Translations under genes and position numbers: made by a program
Shown: positions 8,132 to 15,859 of the stretch, one piece after another
How the letters are laid out: each line of letters starts with the position of its first letter
Numbering within the stretch: the stretch's first letter is position 1
Notes under the pieces: model-generated
Databases searched by the model: none
What the model was told of the DNA's origin: nothing
Seen by the model: only the letters and a program-made list of their open reading frames with translations
DNA from: Puniceicoccales bacterium
GTDB lineage: Bacteria; Verrucomicrobiota; Verrucomicrobiia; Opitutales; JAIRLG01
Assembly (NCBI GenBank): GCA_031288595.1
Contig: JAITRB010000008.1
Location: 1 to 32,000, forward strand
DNA length: 32,000 bases
Direction of reading: 5' to 3'

Positions 8132-9475
8132 CTAGAACTCATCCGCACCGCTGACCCGAGCGACCTGAACCCTGTAGCGCCAGCGCAGAATAAGGATCCG
8201 GATAAACTGATTCAGAAGGCCGAACTTCAGGATGATGACGGCGTGGGGGTGTGCCTTGTGCAGGAGAAAGTAGGAGGGAATGATCAGAAAGAAGAAATGG
8301 CTGCCGACGTTGACGCTCGTCAGGAAGGGCGTGTCCTTAAAAGCCGTCAAACTGTAGTGCAGTTGGTACCAAATCCCTTCCAGAAACGCGAGCAGGGAGG
8401 CCCAGGGCAGCATCTGTCGGAAGAAGGAGAAGATTTCCGTCTGCCCGTTCCCCATGAAGAAGCCGACGAATTCGCGGCAGAAGACCCAAATCAGAATGAG
8501 GAGAGACCCGTGCAGGAGGAAGCACAGCCGTACGGCCGCGGAGAGCGTGGCCCGAAGGGTTGCCGTTTCCTGTTTTTCTCCTAGAAAGTTGGCGATGAGA
8601 ACGCAATTCCCCTTGCCCAGGCTATCGCTGAGTGAGGACAGGATGCGTTGGAGGGAGAAGATGATGCCCATGGCGGAGAATTCGCTGAATGGGATACGGT
8701 CCGCAATGACCTGAATGATCCAGCACCAAGCGATCCCATTGATCAGAGTATTCAAGGAGGACGGCAGGCCGAAACGGGCATATCTCCAGCAGATTTTTGG
8801 AGAAAAGGCCGTGCAATCCGTGTGGAAGTTCTCGCGATTGTACCTGGAAAGAAAGATCGGGAGTACGAGCAATAAGCTGCAGACCTGGGCGACCAACGTC
8901 GCCAGCGCACAGCCCATCAATCCGCATTCGGGAAAACCGGCCTTCCCGAAGACGAGGGCAAGGGTCAGGAGGAGGTTGAGGCTGTGGCTGAAGATGAAGA
9001 GCAGTGGCATCGCATAGCTTATTTTCCTCCCCGTGAAGAAGGACCCGATGGCACCGAAGGTCGCGCAGTGGAAGGGCATCGAGAGAAAATATATCCGGAG
9101 ATAGGGAACCCCTTCGGTCAGAAGGTTTGCCGCGAGCAGATAGGGGACCGCTTGCCACAGGAGGGGGATGACCAGAAGGCCGATGCCCAGGGAGAGCCAG
9201 AGCATCTGCCAGACCGCTGGCCCGATTTGAGCGAACTGTTTCCTCCCGTTGTGGTGCCCGACGAAGACGCTTATGATGAAGATGAGGTTCAGGAGAGTGG
9301 ATTGCAATACCTCGTGCCACACGATGGTTCCGATGTGCGTATTGAACGCCATTGGTGAGTAGTGGGCCAGAACACAGCGCCCCGTCAGACTCAAGAGGCA
9401 GGTACTAGAAGAGGCCAGAATCAGTGGCCAGCTCAACGACCAGAGCTGTCGGGATACCTTTCTGTCAGAGGCCAT
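8132..9475 (-). CDS. MATE-family (MOP superfamily) efflux transporter
   Basis: 447 aa with about 12 hydrophobic segments. N-terminal LWSLSWPLILASSS, mid GLMGCALATLVAQ and IANFLGEKQ resemble the MATE consensus (P.i...l / G..GaalAt / vgq.lGa). GC is visibly lower than in neighbouring core genes. Confidence 0.72.
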   Translation of the reverse strand: MASDRKVSRQLWSLSWPLILASSSTCLLSLTGRCVLAHYSPMAFNTHIGTIVWHEVLQSTLLNLIFIISVFVGHHNGRKQFAQIGPAVWQMLWLSLGIGLLVIPLLWQAVPYLLAANLLTEGVPYLRIYFLSMPFHCATFGAIGSFFTGRKISYAMPLLFIFSHSLNLLLTLALVFGKAGFPECGLMGCALATLVAQVCSLLLVLPIFLSRYNRENFHTDCTAFSPKICWRYARFGLPSSLNTLINGIAWCWIIQVIADRIPFSEFSAMGIIFSLQRILSSLSDSLGKGNCVLIANFLGEKQETATLRATLSAAVRLCFLLHGSLLILIWVFCREFVGFFMGNGQTEIFSFFRQMLPWASLLAFLEGIWYQLHYSLTAFKDTPFLTSVNVGSHFFFLIIPSYFLLHKAHPHAVIILKFGLLNQFIRILILRWRYRVQVARVSGADEF

Positions 9476-9676
9476 AGGGAATCAACAAAAAGGGCACAAC
9501 TCTTTTGACATGACTCTCTGCTGCAGGAAGAAGAGATAAAGTCAACACATCTTCTCCGCAAATGCCTCGTCTAGCAGAAATTAGGAAGTATAATGGAAGC
9601 TTAAAGAATGCCTTCAATGTTCTCCGAGGCTATCGCCTAAATGGGAGTTTTCTTAATATCACGGCCAGGAGGTGAT

Positions 9677-11398
9677 ATGAAACAGAAATTCGCAGTTATC
9701 ACATTGCTCTGCAGTCTTTACGGCGCCGATCTCGCGGTCGCACAGAAAGAGGGACCTCAGGAACCTGGATCGCCTGAACGTTCCAGGAAAGTCCCCATTC
9801 CAGCTACCGCTACGAGAGCAAGGCCCGTCATACGGAGTCAAGGAACACGCGCACGCCCTACGGCTGCGACTCCTCAGCCACAAACGCAGGAACAGCCGCA
9901 TCGCAAGCGGCGGCACACAGAGAACTCCAAGCCCCAACAACAGGTCCCTGTTTTGCCGATGCCTTCGCCACGCCAGCAGGGAGCTGAATCGGCAGAAAGG
10001 GACCATCCAGCTCTAGCGCCACAGCCGAAACATCGCCAGTGCAAACACCGGCATTTTGTCTCTGGAGATCCTCCACAGCAAGGACAGAATTGTCTGGATG
10101 GAGGGGATTTACGGCGGGATGCTTCCGCGAGAAAAGCACCGGTGGCCCTATCTGCTGCGGCCAGCGCGTCGGTGGCCTTGGATGCTCAAGAGGAATCTCG
10201 TTTGCCAAGATTGGATCCACCGCAGAGTTCGCGGAGAAGGACCGAGGATCCAGGGCACAAGAATCGAAACAGAAATGTATTGGTGTCGGATCAAGAGGGA
10301 TCAGAGGAGGAGCAATCGCTCAGCGAAACATTTCCAAGGTCCCGACGAGGAAGAGCAGGATATTCAGAGGACTCGCAATTGGATTATCCCCCGGAGGGAG
10401 CTTTGCGCGCGGGTGCGTGTACACCTCTTGCCTTAAAAAAAGCAGAGGAGCAGCGACTAGCGCTTGATCCTTCCCTCTCTTCTGAGCCACTGAGATATAG
10501 GCCCGAGGCTCAAGATGATCTGGGGCAGGAAGAAGCTCTCATGGCAGAAGTAGCGCGAAGATCACGAAGACGGGTACGCGATGCGCAGCAAATAGCCTTC
10601 GGCTCTGAATCACAGCCGAAAAAATTGCCGCATCCCGGCAGGATAGGGGGCAGAAGACTGAGCCGGAAAAGCCTATATACCAAGACCTTTTGTGATCGAT
10701 TGAAACCTAACCTCATCCGGATCACGCAGCAGTGTATGCTGAACGGCTTCTCTGGGTTAATCGATGTCATCGTCAATAAAATCGAAAACGAGGGAGGATT
10801 AAAGGAGTTATCCCGGGGGGAATTTTTACTCGCCCATCTCAAACATGAAGAGACATTCGCTTACGTCCGCCGCATGGATCGCCCCGAAAATGAACAAATG
10901 GCACTCTATACCTACGCCGACGCCGTGTTGGCTTCAGATGATGGTTGGTTTAATAAAATCAAGCGCGACGTGCTGGATGCCATGATGCCTTACGTAGAGA
11001 TTTACAACGCTCTTGTGCAATTGTGCTCGCCAACAGACAGGATAGAGGAAACGCATTTTCTCGCCTATTTGGAAGCCTATCTCGATCCTATTTTCGATAC
11101 ACTACTGCCGAAAATCACCAATGCTGTATTTTCACTTGTGTCGGATACCCTTCATCCGCAGGGCTGTACCCTGTTCGGCAAATCGAAGCTCAGCTACAGT
11201 GAACGGGTACAGCTCGCCTCCGGTGCAGTAGATGTCTTAAAAGGGATATTTAAGAAAATCCTCAATGAGGATATCGTCGAGGGCATTAGCGGAATAGTCG
11301 GTGTGCTAATACCTCGTATGATGAATGAGCCAGTGCGGAGAGCCGCAGAACCTTCCGATACTGGACACATTCCCGTCCCAAGCTTTAGGGAAGATTGA
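9677..11398 (+). CDS. Hypothetical secreted protein: signal peptide, ~300-aa basic Pro/Gln/Ser/Arg-rich low-complexity region, unknown ~250-aa C-terminal domain
   Basis: The ATG at 9677 is preceded by AGGAGG (9667-9672). MKQKFAVITLLCSLYGADLAVAQ looks like a Sec signal peptide. The low-complexity N-terminal half is open in several frames. The C-terminal half (KTFCDRLKPNLIRITQQ...VLIPRMMNEP) is ordinary globular-looking sequence with no motif I recognise. The track start at 9641 is less likely. Confidence 0.65.
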   Translation: MKQKFAVITLLCSLYGADLAVAQKEGPQEPGSPERSRKVPIPATATRARPVIRSQGTRARPTAATPQPQTQEQPHRKRRHTENSKPQQQVPVLPMPSPRQQGAESAERDHPALAPQPKHRQCKHRHFVSGDPPQQGQNCLDGGDLRRDASARKAPVALSAAASASVALDAQEESRLPRLDPPQSSRRRTEDPGHKNRNRNVLVSDQEGSEEEQSLSETFPRSRRGRAGYSEDSQLDYPPEGALRAGACTPLALKKAEEQRLALDPSLSSEPLRYRPEAQDDLGQEEALMAEVARRSRRRVRDAQQIAFGSESQPKKLPHPGRIGGRRLSRKSLYTKTFCDRLKPNLIRITQQCMLNGFSGLIDVIVNKIENEGGLKELSRGEFLLAHLKHEETFAYVRRMDRPENEQMALYTYADAVLASDDGWFNKIKRDVLDAMMPYVEIYNALVQLCSPTDRIEETHFLAYLEAYLDPIFDTLLPKITNAVFSLVSDTLHPQGCTLFGKSKLSYSERVQLASGAVDVLKGIFKKILNEDIVEGISGIVGVLIPRMMNEPVRRAAEPSDTGHIPVPSFRED

Positions 11399-11543
11399 GC
11401 ACGGAAGACGGATGATGCCCGCTAGGCCTCCGGCTGAAAAGAGGAGAGAGGAGGAAAGGGATAAATTTAGAGGTATTCCCAGTTTAGTGGTGAGAGAAAA
11501 TCTGGACTTTAAGGCGTGAAGTGCCAACCTGGCGGCCAGTCGT

Positions 11544-12476
11544 ATGACCAAGGCCGCTTTTATCTTTCCTGGACAGGGGACGCAGGTACCCGGGATGGGA
11601 CGAGTCCTGTACGAAAATGTCCGGTCGGTCCGGAAGTACTTCGACGAGGCGAAGGAGCTTCTCGGCTATGACCTGATCCAAATCATGCGGGAGGGACCGG
11701 AGGAGCTTCTGAACGAAGGCCGGTACTGCCAGCCAGCGCTCTATGTCCATCAGTTCGCATTGGCGGTGCTCCAGAAGGAAATGCTGGCGATTACCTCTAT
11801 AGAACTGGGGTTGGCTTTCGGTCTGAGCCTCGGCGAACTGACGGCGTTGGCGATAGCCGGGGTCTATGATTTTGCAACGGGTTTACAGGTGGCCCACCGG
11901 CGGGGAATCCTCATGCAGGAGGCTTCGGAACAGAATCCAGGCGGGATGCTGGCGCTCTTGGGCGCTTCCCTGGAGGAAGTGCGCAAGGTCTGCGAGCAAA
12001 CCGGAGCCGAAATGGCCAATTTCAACACGCCGTCCCAGATTGTCCTGGCGGGTACGGTGGAAAATATCCGCGAAGCGGAAAAATTAGCCCATTCCCTTTC
12101 CTTTTCCCGCGTCGTCCCGCTCAAAGTAGCTGGAGCTTCACACTGCTCCCTGCTGAAAGAGGCCCGTCGGAAATTCCGCGATTATCTCGGGGAACTTAGG
12201 TTTAAAGCGCCTGAATTCCCTGTCATTCAAAACGTCGAAGCCGAGCAGACGATGGATCCGGAGAAAATTAAGGGAAATCTAGAGGCGCAGCTGACCTTGC
12301 CGGTGCTCTGGTGCCAGAGCATGCAGAGGGCCGCTGCGCTCGGATTTACGGATTTTTACGAATGCGGGGTCGGGAAAACACTCAGGGGTATGGTTCGGCA
12401 GATCGATCCACAACTGAGGGTGTTCTCGGTGCAGGAAGCCGATTTCGTCCCCAAGATGGCTGAATCGACCCGATGA
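11544..12476 (+). CDS. fabD: Malonyl-CoA:ACP transacylase
   Basis: 310 aa. FIFPGQGTQVPGMG N-terminal motif, active-site G-x-S-x-G (GLSLGELTAL), and QPALYVHQFAL. Confidence 0.9.
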   Translation: MTKAAFIFPGQGTQVPGMGRVLYENVRSVRKYFDEAKELLGYDLIQIMREGPEELLNEGRYCQPALYVHQFALAVLQKEMLAITSIELGLAFGLSLGELTALAIAGVYDFATGLQVAHRRGILMQEASEQNPGGMLALLGASLEEVRKVCEQTGAEMANFNTPSQIVLAGTVENIREAEKLAHSLSFSRVVPLKVAGASHCSLLKEARRKFRDYLGELRFKAPEFPVIQNVEAEQTMDPEKIKGNLEAQLTLPVLWCQSMQRAAALGFTDFYECGVGKTLRGMVRQIDPQLRVFSVQEADFVPKMAESTR

Positions 12477-12613
12477 AAACCCCGTCTCGCCGGACCCTGT
12501 GGACGCGCCGAATGGCCAAAAATCCCGGGAGACAGACGAGGTGTTCCGTCGGAATACCTCCGTCGCCCCTCCATGGGGCTGCTCTGTCGTCGCCTATCCG
12601 CAGCGTCTCTCCG

Positions 12614-13111
12614 ATGGGGAGCGTTCTGGGCATCGATCCTTCGCTGCGGGGGACGGGATTGGCGCTCGTGGAGCGCGATGCAGCGGGGGATTTTTCCCTG
12701 AAAAGCTTCGAGGTCATCGACCTGCGCTCCTCAGAAAGGGTTGTAGCGGACTGCCTATGCGCGATTTTCCAGAGGATGGGGGCCGTGATAGAACAGCACA
12801 AACCGGCGGCCGTGGCCCTCGAGCAGCCGATCCACGTTCAGAATGTGAAGACAGCTCAGTCCCTGGGAGCCGTGAGGGGGGTCATCTTGGTAGCCGCGAG
12901 GCTCAAAAATTTCACGATAGACGAATACCCACCCCTGCGGGTAAAACAGTCCATTTCCGGCTACGGCCGCGCGAGCAAGGAGCAGGTCGCCCGCATGGTG
13001 AAAGCCCTGCTCCATCTGCCGGAGAACTTGCCCCACGACGCGGCTGATGCCGCCGCCGTCGCGCTCTGCCATTTCTTTACCAGGGCCAGAGGTCTCCCTC
13101 TGACGGCCTAA
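12614..13111 (+). CDS. ruvC: Crossover junction endodeoxyribonuclease RuvC
   Basis: MGSVLGIDPSLRGTGLALVE matches the RuvC N-terminus (ILGIDPG...tG). C-terminal HDAADAAAVALCH matches the catalytic D/H region. The ATG at 12614 gives 165 aa, the typical size. The track start at 12473 adds 47 atypical residues and overlaps the fabD stop. Confidence 0.85.
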   Translation: MGSVLGIDPSLRGTGLALVERDAAGDFSLKSFEVIDLRSSERVVADCLCAIFQRMGAVIEQHKPAAVALEQPIHVQNVKTAQSLGAVRGVILVAARLKNFTIDEYPPLRVKQSISGYGRASKEQVARMVKALLHLPENLPHDAADAAAVALCHFFTRARGLPLTA

Positions 13112-13566
13112 TGCATCGCCTTCAGCCATTTCCTCGGATGAAAAGCACCTCATCGACCTCTTACAGAAGGATCCAAGATCCGCAGACTTCATTCCTGGGC
13201 ATCGGCACTGACCTCGTGGAGGTGGAGCGCATCGAATCTCTGCTCAAACGCTTCGGAGAATATTTTTTGAAAAAAATCTTCTCCCAGGAGGAAGTTATGG
13301 ACAGCTTCCGGCATCGGAATCCCCATCCCTCACTTGCGGCCCGTTTTGCCGCCAAAGAGGCCATGGCCAAGGCCCTGGGCATCGGCATCGGGGCCGAATT
13401 TTCCTGGTCATCGGCTGTTGTGGGGTTGAACGAAGGGGGGAAGCCCGAGATCTTCTTGGATGCTCTGGGGCAAGAAAAGACCCGGAGCCTCGGTGTGCGG
13501 CACATCGAATTGTCCCTGACCCACACCAGGGCTCTGGCGCAAGCAGTGGTCATCCTCGGCCGTTGA
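13111..13566 (+). CDS. acpS: Holo-ACP synthase (4'-phosphopantetheinyl transferase)
   Basis: GIGTDLVEVERIESLL, ARFAAKEAMAKALG and ELSLTHTRALAQAVVIL match the AcpS family. The ATG overlaps the ruvC TAA (TAATG). The N-terminal ~25 aa is longer than usual, so the true start may be internal (M10). Confidence 0.8.
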   Translation: MHRLQPFPRMKSTSSTSYRRIQDPQTSFLGIGTDLVEVERIESLLKRFGEYFLKKIFSQEEVMDSFRHRNPHPSLAARFAAKEAMAKALGIGIGAEFSWSSAVVGLNEGGKPEIFLDALGQEKTRSLGVRHIELSLTHTRALAQAVVILGR

Positions 13567-13612
13567 AACCGGAATGGACGGGATTGTCCTTCAGGAATGT
13601 CCGTCGGTCTTC

Positions 13613-13693
13613 GCTGTCTTTGCCCCATGAAAATGTCGATTTTCATGGGGCAGCTCGCGGCGCGAGCGGATTCCTCCGGAATCCAAAGACAGC
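13613..13693 (-). repeat. Cloverleaf-like structured intergenic repeat, copy 2 (+ strand reads arm-C-B-A-arm)
   Basis: Closing stem gctgtctttg (13613-13622) / caaagacagc (13684-13693). Hairpin C ccccatgaaaat-gtcg-attttcatgggg (13623-13650). Hairpin B gctcgc-ggc-gcgagc (13653-13667). Hairpin A ggattcc-tcc-ggaatcc (13668-13684). It lies between acpS and the thiamine pyrophosphokinase gene. Confidence 0.88.
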
Positions 13694-13751
13694 AAAGGAG
13701 CCCTTGGGAAAGGAAGCCCTCCTCATCCGCACAGAATTTTAGAATTTTCCG

Positions 13752-14402
13752 ATGATTTCATTTTCCAAAATCCTGCCGAATTGCCGTTCCGTGCTCTGTC
13801 TAGATGGGACTCTGCCCTATGGACATATCCGGCAGATGGGCCTGCCGATCCTGGCGGCTGATGGGGCAGCTAGCAAACTTATCCGACGGGGACTGGAGCC
13901 CTGGATGATTCTGGGGGACCTAGATAGCGTCGATCCTAAACTCCTCTCGGGACGAAATTCCTTGAAAATCTTCGACCAGAACCGGAGCGATTTCGAAAAG
14001 GCCCTTCATTTCGCCCAGGAGGCATCGCTGGTCCCAACAGCAGTGACCGGCATCGACGGCGGCTTCCTCGACCACGTCTTTGGGAATTTCAGCATTTTGA
14101 TTCAAACCCATTCGTGCTTCTTCAGCCGAGATATCCTGGGACTGCTGCTGGAGGGGGAGTTCCAGACCGACGCTCTGCCGCTCCATACGAAAATTTCCCT
14201 TTTCGGTGCACCCCAGTGTACGATTCGCTCCAGGGGTCTTCGCTGGGAGCTGCAGAGCCAGGAGCTCTCTTTTGGCAGGATGATGTCCCTCGGGAATCGG
14301 ACCTGCTCTTCTCCGGTCGAGCTGCAGGTATTATCCGGTAAAGCCCTGGTCTTCATCCATACGGAAGAGGTGCGTGATGCCGGCCATCCGTCGGATAGCT
14401 AA
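13752..14402 (+). CDS. Thiamine pyrophosphokinase
   Basis: 216 aa. ILGDLDS motif (GDxDS of TPK), followed by DQNRSDFEKAL (D.tD.ekAl). The size is typical of bacterial TPK. Confidence 0.6.
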   Translation: MISFSKILPNCRSVLCLDGTLPYGHIRQMGLPILAADGAASKLIRRGLEPWMILGDLDSVDPKLLSGRNSLKIFDQNRSDFEKALHFAQEASLVPTAVTGIDGGFLDHVFGNFSILIQTHSCFFSRDILGLLLEGEFQTDALPLHTKISLFGAPQCTIRSRGLRWELQSQELSFGRMMSLGNRTCSSPVELQVLSGKALVFIHTEEVRDAGHPSDS

Positions 14403-14442
14403 TGGTAGAGGAATAGAGGGATGGCCGATAAGGAGATGCTCT

Positions 14443-14544
14443 GGGGCCGCCTTTGCACCGGAGAGGGAAGGGAAAATTTTCCCTTCCCCCTCCGGTGACG
14501 CCCGCGTAGCGGGCGGGAGCCCGAAGGGCTCCAAAGGCGGCCCC
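14443..14544 (-). repeat. Cloverleaf-like structured intergenic repeat, copy 3 (+ strand reads arm-C-B-A-arm)
   Basis: Closing stem ggggccgcctttg (14443-14455) / caaaggcggcccc (14532-14544). Hairpin C 14456-14497 (caccggagagggaagggaaaa/ttttcccttccccctccggtg, one A.C mismatch). Hairpin B cgcccgc-gta-gcgggcg (14499-14515). Hairpin A ggagccc-gaa-gggctcc (14516-14532). Confidence 0.88.
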
Positions 14545-14658
14545 AAGCCCAGCAAGAAATGAGCCCATGGCCATGGTGGGAGTATCGCAGCGACAGTGGA
14601 AGGGCTGTGGCTTCCCGACTTCATCCACGGTATTGACAAAAATCGAGGCGACTCTCAT

Positions 14659-15855
14659 ATGGAGACCATGGAAGAGGGCGAAGCCATGGCGCTCCTCAGC
14701 CGCGGCACCGAGAGGATCATCGGGGAGGAAGCGCTGGCGGAGTATTTGGCGTCTACTCATCCCTTGACGATCAAATTCGGCGTTGATCCGACCCGACCCG
14801 ACCTGACCTTTGGACACCTGGTCATCTTCCATAAGCTCCGGCAGTTCCAGGATTTGGGCCACCGGCCCATCCTCCTGATCGGTGATTACACGGCGACCAT
14901 CGGCGACCCCTCCGGCCGTTCGGTGACCCGTCCCGTGCTGAGTCTCCAGGAGGTCGAGCGCAATGCCGAGACCTATCTCCAGCAGGCCTTTCGTGTCCTC
15001 GATCCCAAAAAGACCATCATCCGGCGCAACAGCGAATGGTTTGCCAAGATGTCCTTTGACCAAGCGCTGGGCCTGGCCAGAAAGATGACGGTGGCGCGCA
15101 TGCTCGAGCGCGACGATTTCCAAAAGCGCCATCGGGCAGGCAGTCCCATTTCCATCGTCGAGTTCCTCTACCCACTCATCCAGGGCTACGATTCCGTGGC
15201 GCTGGATTCGGATATCGAGATCGGCGGCAGTGACCAGCTCTTCAATATGTTGGTGGGGCGCGACTTGCAGCGAGAGGCCGGCATGCGGGAACAGGTGGTC
15301 ATCGGAATGCCGCTGCTGGTCGGCTTGGACGGAGTAAAAAAAATGTCCAAGAGCAGCGGCAACTACATCGCCTTCAACGATAGCGCCCGCGACATGTTCG
15401 GCAAGCTCATGTCCATTCCCGATACGGCGATGGAGAGCTATTACCGCCTGCTGTTGGGGACGAGTGAGGCGGAACTGCTTGCGCTTCGGGCCCTGCATCC
15501 CATGGAGGCGAAGAAGCAGCTGGCTAGCCGCCTGGTGAGCGAATTCTTCGACGAAGCTCAGGGAAGCAGGGAGCGGGCCGAGTTCGAGGCGGTTTTTTCC
15601 CAAAAGGCGCTGCCGAAGGACGTGCCCTGTTTTCGCTGGGAACAGTTGACGCGGGGCCAAGAGGCAGATATCGTCAGCCTCGTCCACTCCACGGGACTGT
15701 TCCTCAGCAAGAGGGAAGTTCGCCGGCTCCACGAACAACGGGCGATACGGGTGAACGGCGGCCCGTGGACCGAGAGGAGCCTGGACCATCCGCCAGAAGG
15801 AGAATCCTGGGTCATCCAGGTCGGCCGACACCAGTTCTTCAAGGTCGAAGCCTAA
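14659..15855 (+). CDS. tyrS: Tyrosine--tRNA ligase
   Basis: HIGH-type motif (TFGHLV), KMSKS motif (KMSKSSGN), GVDPTRPDLTFGH and a C-terminal S4-like domain. The start is uncertain: 14596 (track), 14659, 14668 and 14686 are all in frame. 14659 gives about 398 aa. Confidence 0.9.
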   Translation: METMEEGEAMALLSRGTERIIGEEALAEYLASTHPLTIKFGVDPTRPDLTFGHLVIFHKLRQFQDLGHRPILLIGDYTATIGDPSGRSVTRPVLSLQEVERNAETYLQQAFRVLDPKKTIIRRNSEWFAKMSFDQALGLARKMTVARMLERDDFQKRHRAGSPISIVEFLYPLIQGYDSVALDSDIEIGGSDQLFNMLVGRDLQREAGMREQVVIGMPLLVGLDGVKKMSKSSGNYIAFNDSARDMFGKLMSIPDTAMESYYRLLLGTSEAELLALRALHPMEAKKQLASRLVSEFFDEAQGSRERAEFEAVFSQKALPKDVPCFRWEQLTRGQEADIVSLVHSTGLFLSKREVRRLHEQRAIRVNGGPWTERSLDHPPEGESWVIQVGRHQFFKVEA

Positions 15856-15859
15856 AATC

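Noticed and set aside
11436-11461. 26-nt homopurine tract (gaaaagaggagagaggaggaaaggga) about 80 nt upstream of fabD
   Set aside because: It could form H-DNA or act as a multiple SD-like sequence. It is a single occurrence, too far from the fabD ATG to serve as its RBS, and has no mirror-repeat symmetry. It is not enough for a claim.
14633-14661. TTGACA hexamer upstream of tyrS as a promoter
   Set aside because: The -35 is perfect, but the best -10 at 16-17 nt spacing (tcatat/catatg) matches only 3/6. It also lies inside the candidate coding start region. It is noted only as a reason the tyrS start is uncertain.
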